From Eledone cirrhosa (lineage: Eukaryota): DNA of 64,000 nucleotides. Position 1 is the first letter of the stretch. Each line of letters opens with the position of its first letter. Below, in pieces: positions 50,101 to 62,100 of this stretch. The position numbers and the translations under genes were made by a program. The stretch is taken from positions 4,402,001 through 4,466,000 of the forward strand of contig OZ024745.1 in the NCBI GenBank assembly GCA_964016885.1. The letters run 5' to 3'. The notes beneath the pieces were generated by a model, which was not told the DNA's origin, ran no database searches, and worked only from the letters and a program-made list of their open reading frames with translations.

Positions 50101-53100
50101 AGTAGTATTGGTAGGGTGTCAGATCAGTATTGGTAAGTTAGTAGTATTGGTAGGGTGTCAGATCAGTATTGGTAAGTTAGTAGTATTGGTAGGGTGTCAG
50201 ATCAGTATTGGTAAGTTAGTAGTATTGGTAGGGTGTCAGATCAGTATTGGTAAGTTAGTAGTATTGGTAGGGTGTCAGATCAATATCAGTAAGTTAGTAG
50301 TATTGGTAGAGTGTCAGATCAATATCAGTAAGTTAGTAGTATTGGTAAGGTGTCAGATCAGTATTGGTAAGTTAGTAGTATTGGTAGGGTGTCAGATCAG
50401 TATTGGTAAGTTAGTAGTATTGGTAAGGTGTCAGATCAGTATTGGTAAGTTAGTAGTATTGGTAGGGTGTCAGATCAGTATTGGTAGGGTGTCAGATCAA
50501 TATCAGTAAGTTAGTAGTATTGGTAAGGTGTCAGATCAGTATTGGTAAGTTAGTAGTATTGGTAGGGTGTCAGATCAGTATTGGTAAGTTAGTAGTATTG
50601 GTAGGGTGTCAGGTCAGTATTGGTAGGGTGTCAGATCAGTATTGGTAAGTTAGTAGTATTGGTAGGGTGTCAGATCAATATCAGTAAGTTAGTAGTATTG
50701 GTAAGGTGTCAGATCAGTATTGGTAAGTTAGTAGTATTGGTAGGGTGTCAGATCAGTATTGGTAAGTTAGTAGTATTGGTAGGGTGTCAGATCAGTATTG
50801 GTAAGTTAGTAGTATTGGTAGGGTGTCAGATCAATATCAGTAAGTTAGTAGTATTGGTAGGGTGTCAGATCAATATCCGTAAGTTAGTAGTATTGGTAAG
50901 GTGTCAGATCAGTATTGGTAAGTTAGTAGTATTGGTAGGGTGTCAGATCAGTATTGGTAAGTTAGTAGTATTGGTAGGGTGTCAGTTCAATATCAGTAAG
51001 TTAGTAGTATTGGTAGGGTGTCAGATCAGTATTGGTAAGTTAGTAGTATTGGTAGGGTGTCAGATCAATATTGGTAAGTTAGTAGTATTTGTAGGGTGTC
51101 AGTTCAATATCAGTAAGTTAGTAGTATTGGTAGGGTGTCAGATCAGTATTGGTAAGTTAGTAGTATTGGTAGGGTGTCAGATCAGTATTGGTAAGTTAGT
51201 AGTATTGGTAGGGTGTCAGATCAGTATTGGTAAGTTAGTAGTATTGGTAGGGTGTCAGATCAGTATTGGTAAGTTAGTAGTATTGGTAGGGTGTCAGATC
51301 AGTATTGGTAAGTTAGTAGTATTTGTAGGGTGTCAGTTCAATATCAGTAAGTTAGTAGTATTGGTAGGGTGTCAGATCAGTATTGGTAAGTTAGTAGTAT
51401 TGGTAGGGTGTCAGATCAGTATTGGTAAGTTAGTAGTATTGGTAGGGTGTCAGATCAGTATTGGTAAGTTAGTAGTATTGGTAGGGTGTCAGATCAGTAT
51501 TGGTAAGTTAGTAGTATTGGTAGGGTGTCAGATCAGTATTGGTAAGTTAGTAGTATTGGTAGGGTGTCAGATCAGTATTGGTAAGTTAGTAGTATTGGTA
51601 GGGTGTCAGATCAGTATTGGTAAGTTAGTAGTATTGGTAGGGTGTCAGATCAGTATTGGTAAGTTAGTAGTATTGGTAGGGTGTCAGATCAGTATTGGTA
51701 AGTTAGTAGTATTGGTAGGGTGTCAGATCAATATCAGTAAGTTAGTAGTATTGGTAGGGTGTCAGATCAGTATTGGTAAGTTAGTAGTATTGGTAGGGTG
51801 TCAGATCAGTATTGGTAAGTTTGTAGTATTGGTAGGGTGTCAGATCAATATCAGTAAGTTAGTAGTATTGGTAGGGTGTCAGATCAGTATTGGTAAGTTA
51901 GTAGTATTGGTAGGGTGTCAGATCAGTATTGGTAAGTTAGTAGTATTGGTAGGGTGTCAGATCAGTATTGGTAAGTTAGTAGTATTGGTAGGGTGTCAGA
52001 TCAGTATTGGTAAGTTAGTAGTATTGGTAGGGTGTCAGATCAGTATTGGTAAGTTAGTAGTATTGGTAGGGTGTCAGATCAGTATTGGTAAGTTAGTAGT
52101 ATTGGTAGGGTGTCAGATCAGTATTGGTAGGGTGTCAGATCAGTATTGGTAAGTTAGTAGTATTGGTAAGGTGTCAGATCAGTATTGGTAAGTTAGTAGT
52201 ATTGGTAGGGTGTCAGATCAATATCAGTAAGTTAGTAGTATTGGTAAGGTGTCAGATCAGTATTGGTAAGTTAGTAGTATTGGTAGGGTGTCAGATCAGT
52301 ATTGGTAAGTTAGTAGTATTGGTAGGGTGTCAGATCAGTATTGGTAAGTTAGTAGTATTGATAGGGTGTCAGATCAGTATTGGTAAGTTAGTAGTATTGG
52401 TAGGGTGTCAGATCAGTATTGGTAAGTTAGTAGTATTGGTAGGGTGTCAGATCAATATCAGTAAGTTAGTAGTATTGGTAGGGTGTCAGATCAGTATTGG
52501 TAAGTTAGTAGTATTGGTAGGGTGTCAGATCAGTATTGGTAAGTTAGTAGTATTGGTAGGGTGTCAGATCAGTATTGGTAAGTTAGTAGTATTGGTAGGG
52601 TGTCAGATCAGTATTGGTAAGTTAGTAGTATTGGTAGGGTGTCAGATCAGTATTGGTAAGTTAGTAGTATTGGTAGGGTGTCAGATCAATATCAGTAAGT
52701 TAGTAGTATTGGTAGGGTGTCAGATCAATATCAGTAAGTTAGTAGTATTGGTAAGGTGTCAGATCAGTATTGGTAAGTTAGTAGTATTGGTAGGGTGTCA
52801 GATAAGTATTGGTAAGTTAGTAGTATTGGTAGGGTGTCAGATCAGTATTGGTAAGTTAGTAGTATTGGTAGGGTGTCAGATCAGTATTGGTAAGTTAGTA
52901 GTATTGGTAGGGTGTCAGATCAATATGAGTAAGTTAGTAGTATTGGTAGGGTGTCAGATCAGTATTGGTAAGTTAGTAGTATTGGTAGGGTGTCAGATCA
53001 GTATTGGTAAGTTAGTAGTATTGGTAGGGTGTCAGATCAGTATTGGTAAGTTAGTAGTATTGGTAGGGTGTCAGATCAGTATTGGTAAGTTAGTAGTATT

Positions 53101-56100
53101 GGTAGGGTGTCAGATCAGTATTGGTAAGTTAGTAGTATTGGTAGGGTGTCAGATCAATATCAATAAGTTAGTAGTATTGGTAGGGTGTCAGATCAATATC
53201 AGTAAGTTAGTAGTATTGGTAAGGTGTCAGATCAGTATTGGTAAGTTAGTAGTATTGGTAGGGTGTCAGATCAGTATTGGTAAGTTAGTAGTATTGGTAG
53301 GGTGTCAGATCAGTATTGGTAAGTTAGTAGTATTGGTAGGGTGTCAGATCAGTATTGGTAAGTTAGTAGTATTGGTAGGGTGTCAGATCAGTATTGGTAA
53401 GTTAGTAGTATTGGTAGGGTGTCAGATCAGTATTGGTAGGGTGTCAGATCAGTATTGGTAAGTTAGTAGTATTGGTAAGGTGTCAGATCAGTATTGGTAA
53501 GTTAGTAGTATTGGTAGGGTGTCAGATCAATATCAGTAAGTTAGTAGTATTGGTAAGGTGTCAGATCAGTATTGGTAAGTTAGTAGTATTGGTAGGGTGT
53601 CAGATCAGTATTGGTAAGTTAGTAGTATTGGTAAGGTGTCAGATCAGTATTGGTAAGTTAGTAGTATTGGTAGGGTGTCAGATCAATATCAGTAAGTTAG
53701 TAGTATTGGTAAGGTGTCAGATCAGTATTGGTAAGTTAGTAGTATTGGTAGGGTGTCAGATCAGTATTGGTAAGTTAGTAGTATTGGTAGGGTGTCAGAT
53801 CAGTATTGGTAAGTTAGTAGTATTGGTAGGGTGTCAGATCAGTATTGGTAAGTTAGTAGTATTGGTAGGGTGTCAGATCAATATCAGTAAGTTAGTAGTA
53901 TTGGTAGGGTGTCAGATCAGTATTGGTAAGTTAGTAGTATTGATAGGGTGTCAGATCAGTATTGGTAAGTTAGTAGTATTGGTAGGGTGTCAGATCAGTA
54001 TTGGTAAGTTAGTAGTATTGGTAGGGTGTCAGATCAATATCAGTAAGTTAGTAGTATTGGTAGGGTGTCAGATCAATATCCGTAAGTTAGTAGTATTGGT
54101 AAGGTGTCAGATCAGTATTGGTAAGTTAGTAGTATTGGTAGGGTGTCAGATCAGTATTGGTAAGTTAGTAGTATTGGTAGGGTGTCAGATCAGTATTGGT
54201 AAGTTAGTAGTATTGGTAGGGTGTCAGATCAATATCAGTAAGTTAGTAGTATTGGTAGGGTGTCAGATCAGTATTGGTAAGTTAGTAGTATTGGTAGGGT
54301 GTCAGATCAGTATTGGTAAGTTAGTAGTATTGGTAGGGTGTCAGATCAGTATTGGTAAGTTAGTAGTATTGGTAGGGTGTCAGATCAGTATTGGTAAGTT
54401 AGTAGTATTAGTAGGGTGTCAGATCAGTATTGGTAAGTTAGTAGTATTGGTAGGGTGTCAGATCAATATGAGTAAGTTAGTAGTATTGGTAGGGTGTCAG
54501 ATCAGTATTGGTAAGTTAGTAGTATTGGTAGGGTATCAGATCAGTATTGGTAAGTTAGTAGTATTGGTAGGGTGTCAGATCAGTATTGGTAAGTTAGTAG
54601 TATTGGTAGGGTGTCAGATCAGTATTGGTAAGTTAGTAGTATTGGTAGGGTGTCAGATCAGTATTGGTAAGTTAGTAGTATTGGTAGGGTGTCAGATCAA
54701 TATCAGTAAGTTAGTAGTATTGGTAGGGTGTCAGATCAATATCAGTAAGTTAGTAGTATTGGTAGGGTGTCAGATCAGTATTGGTAAGTTAGTAGTATTG
54801 GTAGGGTGTCAGATCAGTATTGGTAAGTTAGTAGTATTGGTAGGGTGTCAGATCAGTATTGGTAAGTTAGTAGTATTGGTAGGGTGTCAGATCATTATTG
54901 GTAAGTTAGTAGTATTGGTAGGGTGTCAGATCAGTATTGGTAAGTTAGTAGTATTGGTAGGGTGTCAGATCAGTATTGGTAAGTTAGTAGTATTGGTAGG
55001 GTATCAGATCAGTATTGGTAAGTTAGTAGTATTGGTAGGGTGTCAGATCAGTATTGGTAAGTTAGTAGTATTGGTAGGGTGTCAGATCAGTATTGGTAAG
55101 TTAGTAGTATTGGTAGGGTGTCAGATCAGTATTGGTAAGTTAGTAGTATTGGTAGGGTGTCAGATCAGTATTGGTAAGTTAGTAGTATTGGTAGGGTGTC
55201 AGATCAGTATTGGTAAGTTAGTAGTATTGGTAGGGTGTCAGATCAGTATTGGTAAGTTAGTAGTATTGGTAGGGTGTCAGATCAGTATTGGTAAGTTAGT
55301 AGTATTGGTAGGGTGTCAGATCAGTATTGGTAGGGTGTCAGATCAGTATTGGTAAGTTAGTAGTATTGGTAAGGTGTCAGATCAGTATTGGTAGGATGTC
55401 AGATCAGTATTGGTAAGTTAGTAGTATTGGTAGGGTGTCAGATCAGTATTGGTAAGTTAGTAGTATTGGTAGGGTGTCAGATCAGTATTGGTAGGGTGTC
55501 AGATCAGTATTGGTAAGTTAGTAGTATTGGTAAGGTGTCAGATCAGTATTGGTAGGGTGTCAGATCAGTATTGGTAAGTTAGTAGTATTGGTAGGGTGTC
55601 AGATCAATATCAGTAAGTTAGTAGTATTGGTAGGGTGTCAGATCAATATCAGTAAGTTAGTAGTATTGGTAGGGTGTCAGATCAGTATTGGTAAGTTAGT
55701 AGTATTGGTAGGGTGTCAGATCAATATCAGTAAGTTAGTAGTATTGGTAGGGTGTCAGATCAGTATCAGTAAGTTAGTAGTATTGGTAGGGTGTCAGATC
55801 AGTATTGGTAAGTTAGTAGTATTGGTAGGGTGTCAGATCAATATCAGTAAGTTAGTAGTATTGGTAGGGTGTCAGATCAGTATTGGTAAGTTAGTAGTAT
55901 TGGTAGGGTGTCAGATCAATATCAGTAAGTTAGTAGTATTGGTAGGGTGTCAGATCAATATCAGTAAGTTAGTAGTATTGGTAGGGTGTCAGATCAGTAT
56001 TGGTAAGTTAGTAGTATTGGTAGGGTGTCAGATCAGTATTGGTAAGTTAGTAGTATTGGTAGGGTGTCAGATCAGTATTGGTAAGTTAGTAGTATTGGTA

Positions 56101-59100
56101 GGGTGTCAGATCAGTATTGGTAAGTTAGTAGTATTGGTAGGGTGTCAGATCAATATCAGTAAGTTAGTAGTATTGGTAGGGTGTCAGATCAGTATTGGTA
56201 AGTTAGTAGTATTGGTAGGGTGTCAGATCAGTATTGGTAAGTTAGTAGTATTGGTAGGGTGTCAGATCAGTATTGGTAAGTTAGTAGTATTGGTAGGGTG
56301 TCAGATCAGTATTGGTAAGTTAGTAGTATTGGTAGGGTGTCAGATCAATATCAGTAAGTTAGTAGTATTGGTAGGGTGTCAGATCAAATCAGTAAGTTAG
56401 TAGTATTGGTAGGTGTCAGATCAGTATTGTAAGTTAGTAGTATTGGTAGGGTGTCAGATCAGTATCAGTAAGTTAGTAGTATTGGTAGGGTGTCAGATCA
56501 GTATTGGTAAGTTAGTAGTATTGGTAGGGTGTCAGATCAGTATTGGTAAGTTAGTAGTATTGGTAGGGTGTCAGATCAGTATTGGTAAGTTAGTAGTATT
56601 GTAGGGTGTCAGAATCAGTATTGGTAAGTTAGTAGTATTGGTAGGGTGTCAGATCAGTATTGGTAAGCTAGTAGTATTGGTAGGGTGTCAGATCAGTATT
56701 GGTAAGTTAGTAGTATTGGTAGGGTGTGTCAGATCAGTATTGGTAAGTTAGTAGTATTGGTAGGGTGTCAGATCAGTATTGGTAAGTTAGTAGTATTGGT
56801 AGGGTGTCAGATCAGTATTGGTAAGTTAGTAGTATTGGTAGGGTGTCAGATCAGTATTGGTAGTTAGTAGTATTGGTAGGGTGTCAGATCAGTATTGGTA
56901 AGTTAGTAGTATTGGTAGGGTGTCAGATCAGTATTGGTAAGTTAGTAGTATTGGTAGGGTGTCAGATCAGTATTGGTAAGTTAGTAGTATTGGTAGGGTG
57001 TCAGATCAGTATTGGTAAGTTAGTAGTATTGGTAGGGTGTCAGATCAGTATTGGTAAGTTAGTAGTATTGGTAGGGGTGTCAGATCAGTATTGGTAAGTT
57101 AGTAGTATTGGTAGGGTGTCAGATCAGTATTGGTAAGTTAGTAGTATTGGTAGGGTGTCAGATCAGTATTGGTAAGTTAGTAGTATTGGTAGGGTGTCAG
57201 ATCAGTATTGGTAAGTTAGTAGTATTGGTAGGGTGTCAGATCAGTATTGGTAAGTTAGTAGTATTGGTAGGGTGTCAGATCAGTATTGGTAAGTTAGTAG
57301 TATTGGTAGGGTGTCAGATCAGTATTGAGTAGTGAAGTAGTAGTATTGGTAGGGTGTCAGATCAGTATTGGTAAGTTAGTAGTATTGGTAGGGTGTCAGA
57401 TCAGTATTGGTAAGTTAGTAGTATTGGTAGGGTGTCAGATCAGTATTGGTAAGTTAGTAGTATTGGTAGGGTGTCAGATCAGTATTGGTAAGTTAGTAGT
57501 ATTGGTAGGGTGTCAGATCAGTATTGGTAAGTTAGTAGTATTGGTAGGGTGTCAGATCAGTATTGGTAAGTTAGTAGTATTGGTAGGGTGTCAGATCAGT
57601 ATTGGTAAGTTAGTAGTATTGGTAGGGTGTCAGATCAGTATTGGTAAGTTAGTAGTATTGGTAGGGTGTCAGATCAGTATTGGTAAGTTAGTAGTATTGG
57701 TAGGGTGTCAGATCAGTATTGGTAAGTTAGTAGTATTGGTAGGGTGTCAGATCAGTATTGGTAAGTTAGTAGTATTGGTAGGGTGTCAGATCAGTATTGG
57801 TAAGTTAGTAGTATTGGTAGGGTTGTCAGATCAGTATTGGTAAGTTAGTAGTATTGGTAGGGTGTCAGATCAATATCAGTAAGTTAGTAGTATTGGTAGG
57901 GTGTCAGATCAATATCAGTAAGTTAGTAGTATTGGTAAGGTGTCAGATCAGTATTGGTAAGTTAGTAGTATTGGTAGGGTGTCAGATCAATATCAGTAAG
58001 TTAGTAGTATTGGTAGGGTGTCAGATCAATATTAGTAAGTTAGTAGTATTGGTAGGGTGTCAGATCAGTATTGGTAAGTTAGTAGTATTGGTAGGGTGTC
58101 AGATCAGTATTGGTAAGTTAGTAGTATTGGTAGGGTGTCAGATCAATATCAGTAAGTTAGTAGTATTGGTAGGGTGTCAGATCAATATCAGTAAGTTAGT
58201 AGTATTGGTAGGGTGTCAGATCAGTATTGGTAAGTTAGTAGTATTGGTAGGGTGTCAGATCAATATCAGTAAGTTAGTAGTATTGGTAGGGTGTCAGATC
58301 AATATCAGTAAGTTAGTAGTATTGGTAAGGTGTCAGATCAGTATTGGTAAGTTAGTAGTATTGGTAGGGTGTCAGATCAATATCAGTAAGTTAGTAGTAT
58401 TGGTAGGGTGTCAGATCAATATCAGTAAGTTAGTAGTATTGGTAGGGTGTCAGATCAGTATTGGTAAGTTAGTAGTATTGGTAGGGTGTCAGATCAGTAT
58501 TGGTAAGTTAGTAGTATTGGTAGGGTGTCAGATCAGTATTGGTAAGTTAGTAGTATTGGTAGGGTGTCAGATCAATATCAGTAAGTTAGTAGTATTGGTA
58601 GGGTGTCAGATCAATATCAGTAAGTTAGTAGTATTGGTAGGGTGTCAGATCAGTATCAGTAAGTTAGTAGTATTGGTAAGGTGTCAGATCAGTATTGGTA
58701 AGTTAGTAGTATTGGTAGGGTGTCAGATCAATATCAGTAAGTTAGTAGTATTGGTAGGGTGTCAGATCAATATCAGTAAGTTAGTAGTATTGGTAAGGTG
58801 TCAGATCAGTATTGGTAAGTTAGTAGTATTGGTAGGGTGTCAGATCAGTATTGGTAAGTTAGTAGTATTGGTAGGGTGTCAGATCAGTATTGGTAAGTTA
58901 GTAGTATTGGTAGGGTGTCAGATCAGTATTGGTAAGTTAGTAGAATTGGTAGGGTGTCAGATCAATATCAGTAAGTTAGTAGTATTGGTAGGGTGTCAGA
59001 TCAGTATTGGTAAGTTAGTAGTATTGATAGGGTGTCAGATCAGTATTGGTAAGTTAGTAGTATTGGTAGGGTGTCAGATCAGTATTGGTAAGTTAGTAGT

Positions 59101-62100
59101 ATTGGTAGGGTGTCAGATCAGTATTGGTAAGTTAGTAGTATTGGTAGGGTGTCAGATCAGTATTGGTAAGTTAGTAGTATTGGTAGGGTGTCAGATCAGT
59201 ATTGGTAAGTTAGTAGTATTGGTAGGGTGTCAGATCAGTATTGGTAAGTTAGTAGTATTGGTAGGGTGTCAGATCAGTATTGGTAAGTTAGTTGTATTGG
59301 TAGGGTGTCAGATCAGTATTGGTAAGTTAGTAGTATTGGTAAGGTGTCAGATCAGTATTGGTAAGTTAGTAGTATTGGTAGGGTGTCAGATCAATATCAG
59401 TAAGTTAGTAGTATTGGTAAGGTGTCAGATCAATATTGGTAAGTTAGCAGTATTGGTAGGGTGTCAGATCAGTATTGGTAAGTTAGTAGTATTGGTAGGG
59501 TGTCAGATCAGTATTGGTAAGTTAGTAGTATTGGTAGGGTGTCAGATCAGTATTGGTAAGTTAGTAGAATTGGTAGGGTGTCAGATCAATATCAGTAAGT
59601 TAGTAGTATTGGTAGGGTGTCAGATCAGTATTGGTAAGTTAGTAGTATTGATAGGGTGTCAGATCAGTATTGGTAAGTTAGTAGTATTGGTAGGGTGTCA
59701 GATCAGTATTGGTAAGTTAGTAGTATTGGTAGGGGTGTCAGATCAATATCAGTAAGTTAGTAGTATTGGAAGGGTGTCAGATCAGTATTGGTAAGTTAGT
59801 AGTATTGGTAGGGTGTCAGATCAGTATTGGTAAGTTAGTAGTATTGGTAGGGTGTCAGATCAATATCAGTAAGTTAGTAGTATTGGTAGGTGTCAGATCA
59901 GTATTGGTAAGTTAGTAGTATTGGTAGGGTGTCAGATCAGTATTGGTAAGTTAGTAGTATTGGTAGCGTGTCAGATCAGTATTGGTAAGTTAGTAGTATT
60001 GGTAGGGTGTCAGATCAGTATTGGTAAGTTAGTAGTATTGGTAGGGTGTCAGATCAGTATTGGTAAGTTAGTAGTATTGGTAGGGTGTCAGATCAATATC
60101 AGTAAGTTAGTAGTATTGGTAGGGTGTCAGATCAATATCAGTAAGTTAGTAGTATTGGTAAGGGTGTCAGATCAGTATTGGTAAGTTAGTAGTATTGGTA
60201 GGGTGTCAGATCAGTATTGGTAAGTTAGTAGTATTGGTAGGTGTCAGATTAATATCAGTAAGTTAGTAGTATTGGTAAGGTGTCAGATCAGTATTGGTAA
60301 GTTAGTAGTATTGGTAGGGTGTCAGATCAGTATTGGTAAGTTAGTAGTATTGGTAGGGTGTCAGATCAGTATTGGTAAGTTAGTAGTATTGGTAGGGTGT
60401 CAGATCAATATCAGTAAGTTAGTAGTATTGGTAAGGTGTCAGATAAGTATTGGTAAGTTAGTAGTATTGGTAGGGTGTCAGATCAGTATTGGTAAGTTAG
60501 TAGTATTGGTAGGGTGTCAGATCAGTATTGGTAAGTTAGTAGTATTGGTAAGGTGTCAGATCAGTATTGGTAAGTTAGTAGTATTGGTAGGGTGTCAGAT
60601 CAATATCAGTAAGTTAGTAGTATTGGTAAGGTGTCAGATCAGTATTGGTAAGTTAGTAGTATTGGTAGGGTGTCAGATCAGTATTGGTAAGTTAGTAGTA
60701 TTGGTAAGGTGTCAGATCAGTATTGGTAAGTATAGTAGTATTGGTAGGGTGTCAGATCAATATCACAGTAAGTTAGTAGTATTGGTAAGGTGTCAGATCA
60801 GTATTGGTAAGTTAGTAGTATTGGTAGGGTGTCAGATCAGTATTGGTAAGTTAGTAGTATTGGTAGGGTGTCAGATCAGTATTGGTAAGTTAGTAGTATT
60901 GGTAGGGTGTCAGATCAGTATTGGTAAGTTAGTAGTATTGGTAGGGTGTCAGATCAATATCAGTAAGTTAGTAGTATTGGTAGGGTGTCAGATCAGTATT
61001 GGTAAGTTAGTAGTATTGATAGGGTGTCAGATCAGTATTGGTAAGTTAGTAGTATTGGTAGGGTGTCAGATCAGTATTGGTAAGTTAGTAGTATTGGTAG
61101 GGTGTCAGATCAATATCAGAAGTTAGTAGTATTGGTAGGGTGTCAGATCAATATCCGTAAGTTAGTAGTATTGGTAAGGGTGTCAGATCAGTATTGGTAA
61201 GTTAGTAGTATTGGTAGGGTGTCAGATCAATATCAGTAAGTTAGTAGTATTGGTAGGGTGTCAGATCAGTATTGGTAAGTTAGTAGTATTGGTAGGGTGT
61301 CAGATCAGTATTGGTAAGTTAGTAGTATTGGTGTAGGGTGTCAGATCAGTATTGGTAAGTTAGTAGTATTGGTAGGGTGTCAGATCAGTATTGGTAAGTT
61401 AGTAGTATTGGTAGGGTGTCAGATCAATATGAGTAAGTTAGTAGTATTGGTAGGGTGTCAGATCAGTATTGGTAAGTTAGTAGTATTGGTAGGGTATCAG
61501 ATCAGTATTGGTAAGTTAGTAGTATTGGTAGGGTGTCAGCTCAGTATTGGTAAGTTAGTAGTATTGGTAGGGTGTCAGATCAGTATTGGTAAGTTAGTAG
61601 TATTGGTAGGGTGTCAGATCAGTATTGGTAAGTTAGTAGTATTGGTAGGGTGTCAGATCAATATCAGTAAGTTAGTAGTATTGGTAGGGTGTCAGATCAA
61701 GTATCTGTAAGTTAGTAGTATTGGTAAGGGTGTCAGATCAGTATTGGTAAGTTAGTAGTATTGGTAGGGTGTCAGATCAGTATTGGTAAGTTAGTAGTAT
61801 TGGTAGGGTGTCAGATCAGTATTGGTAAGTTAGTAGTATTGGTAGGGTGTCAGATCAGTATTGGTAAGTTAGTAGTATTGGTAGGGTGTCAGATCAGTAT
61901 TGGTAAGTTAGTAGTATTGGTAGGGTGTCAGATCAGTATTGGTAAGTTAGTAGTATTGGTAGGGTGTCAGATCAGTATTGGTAAGTTAGTAGTATTGGTA
62001 GGGTGTCAGATCAGTATTGGTAGGGTGTCAGATCAGTATTGGTAAGTTAGTAGTATTGGTAGGGTGTCAGATCAGTATTGGTAAGTTAGTAGTATTGGTA

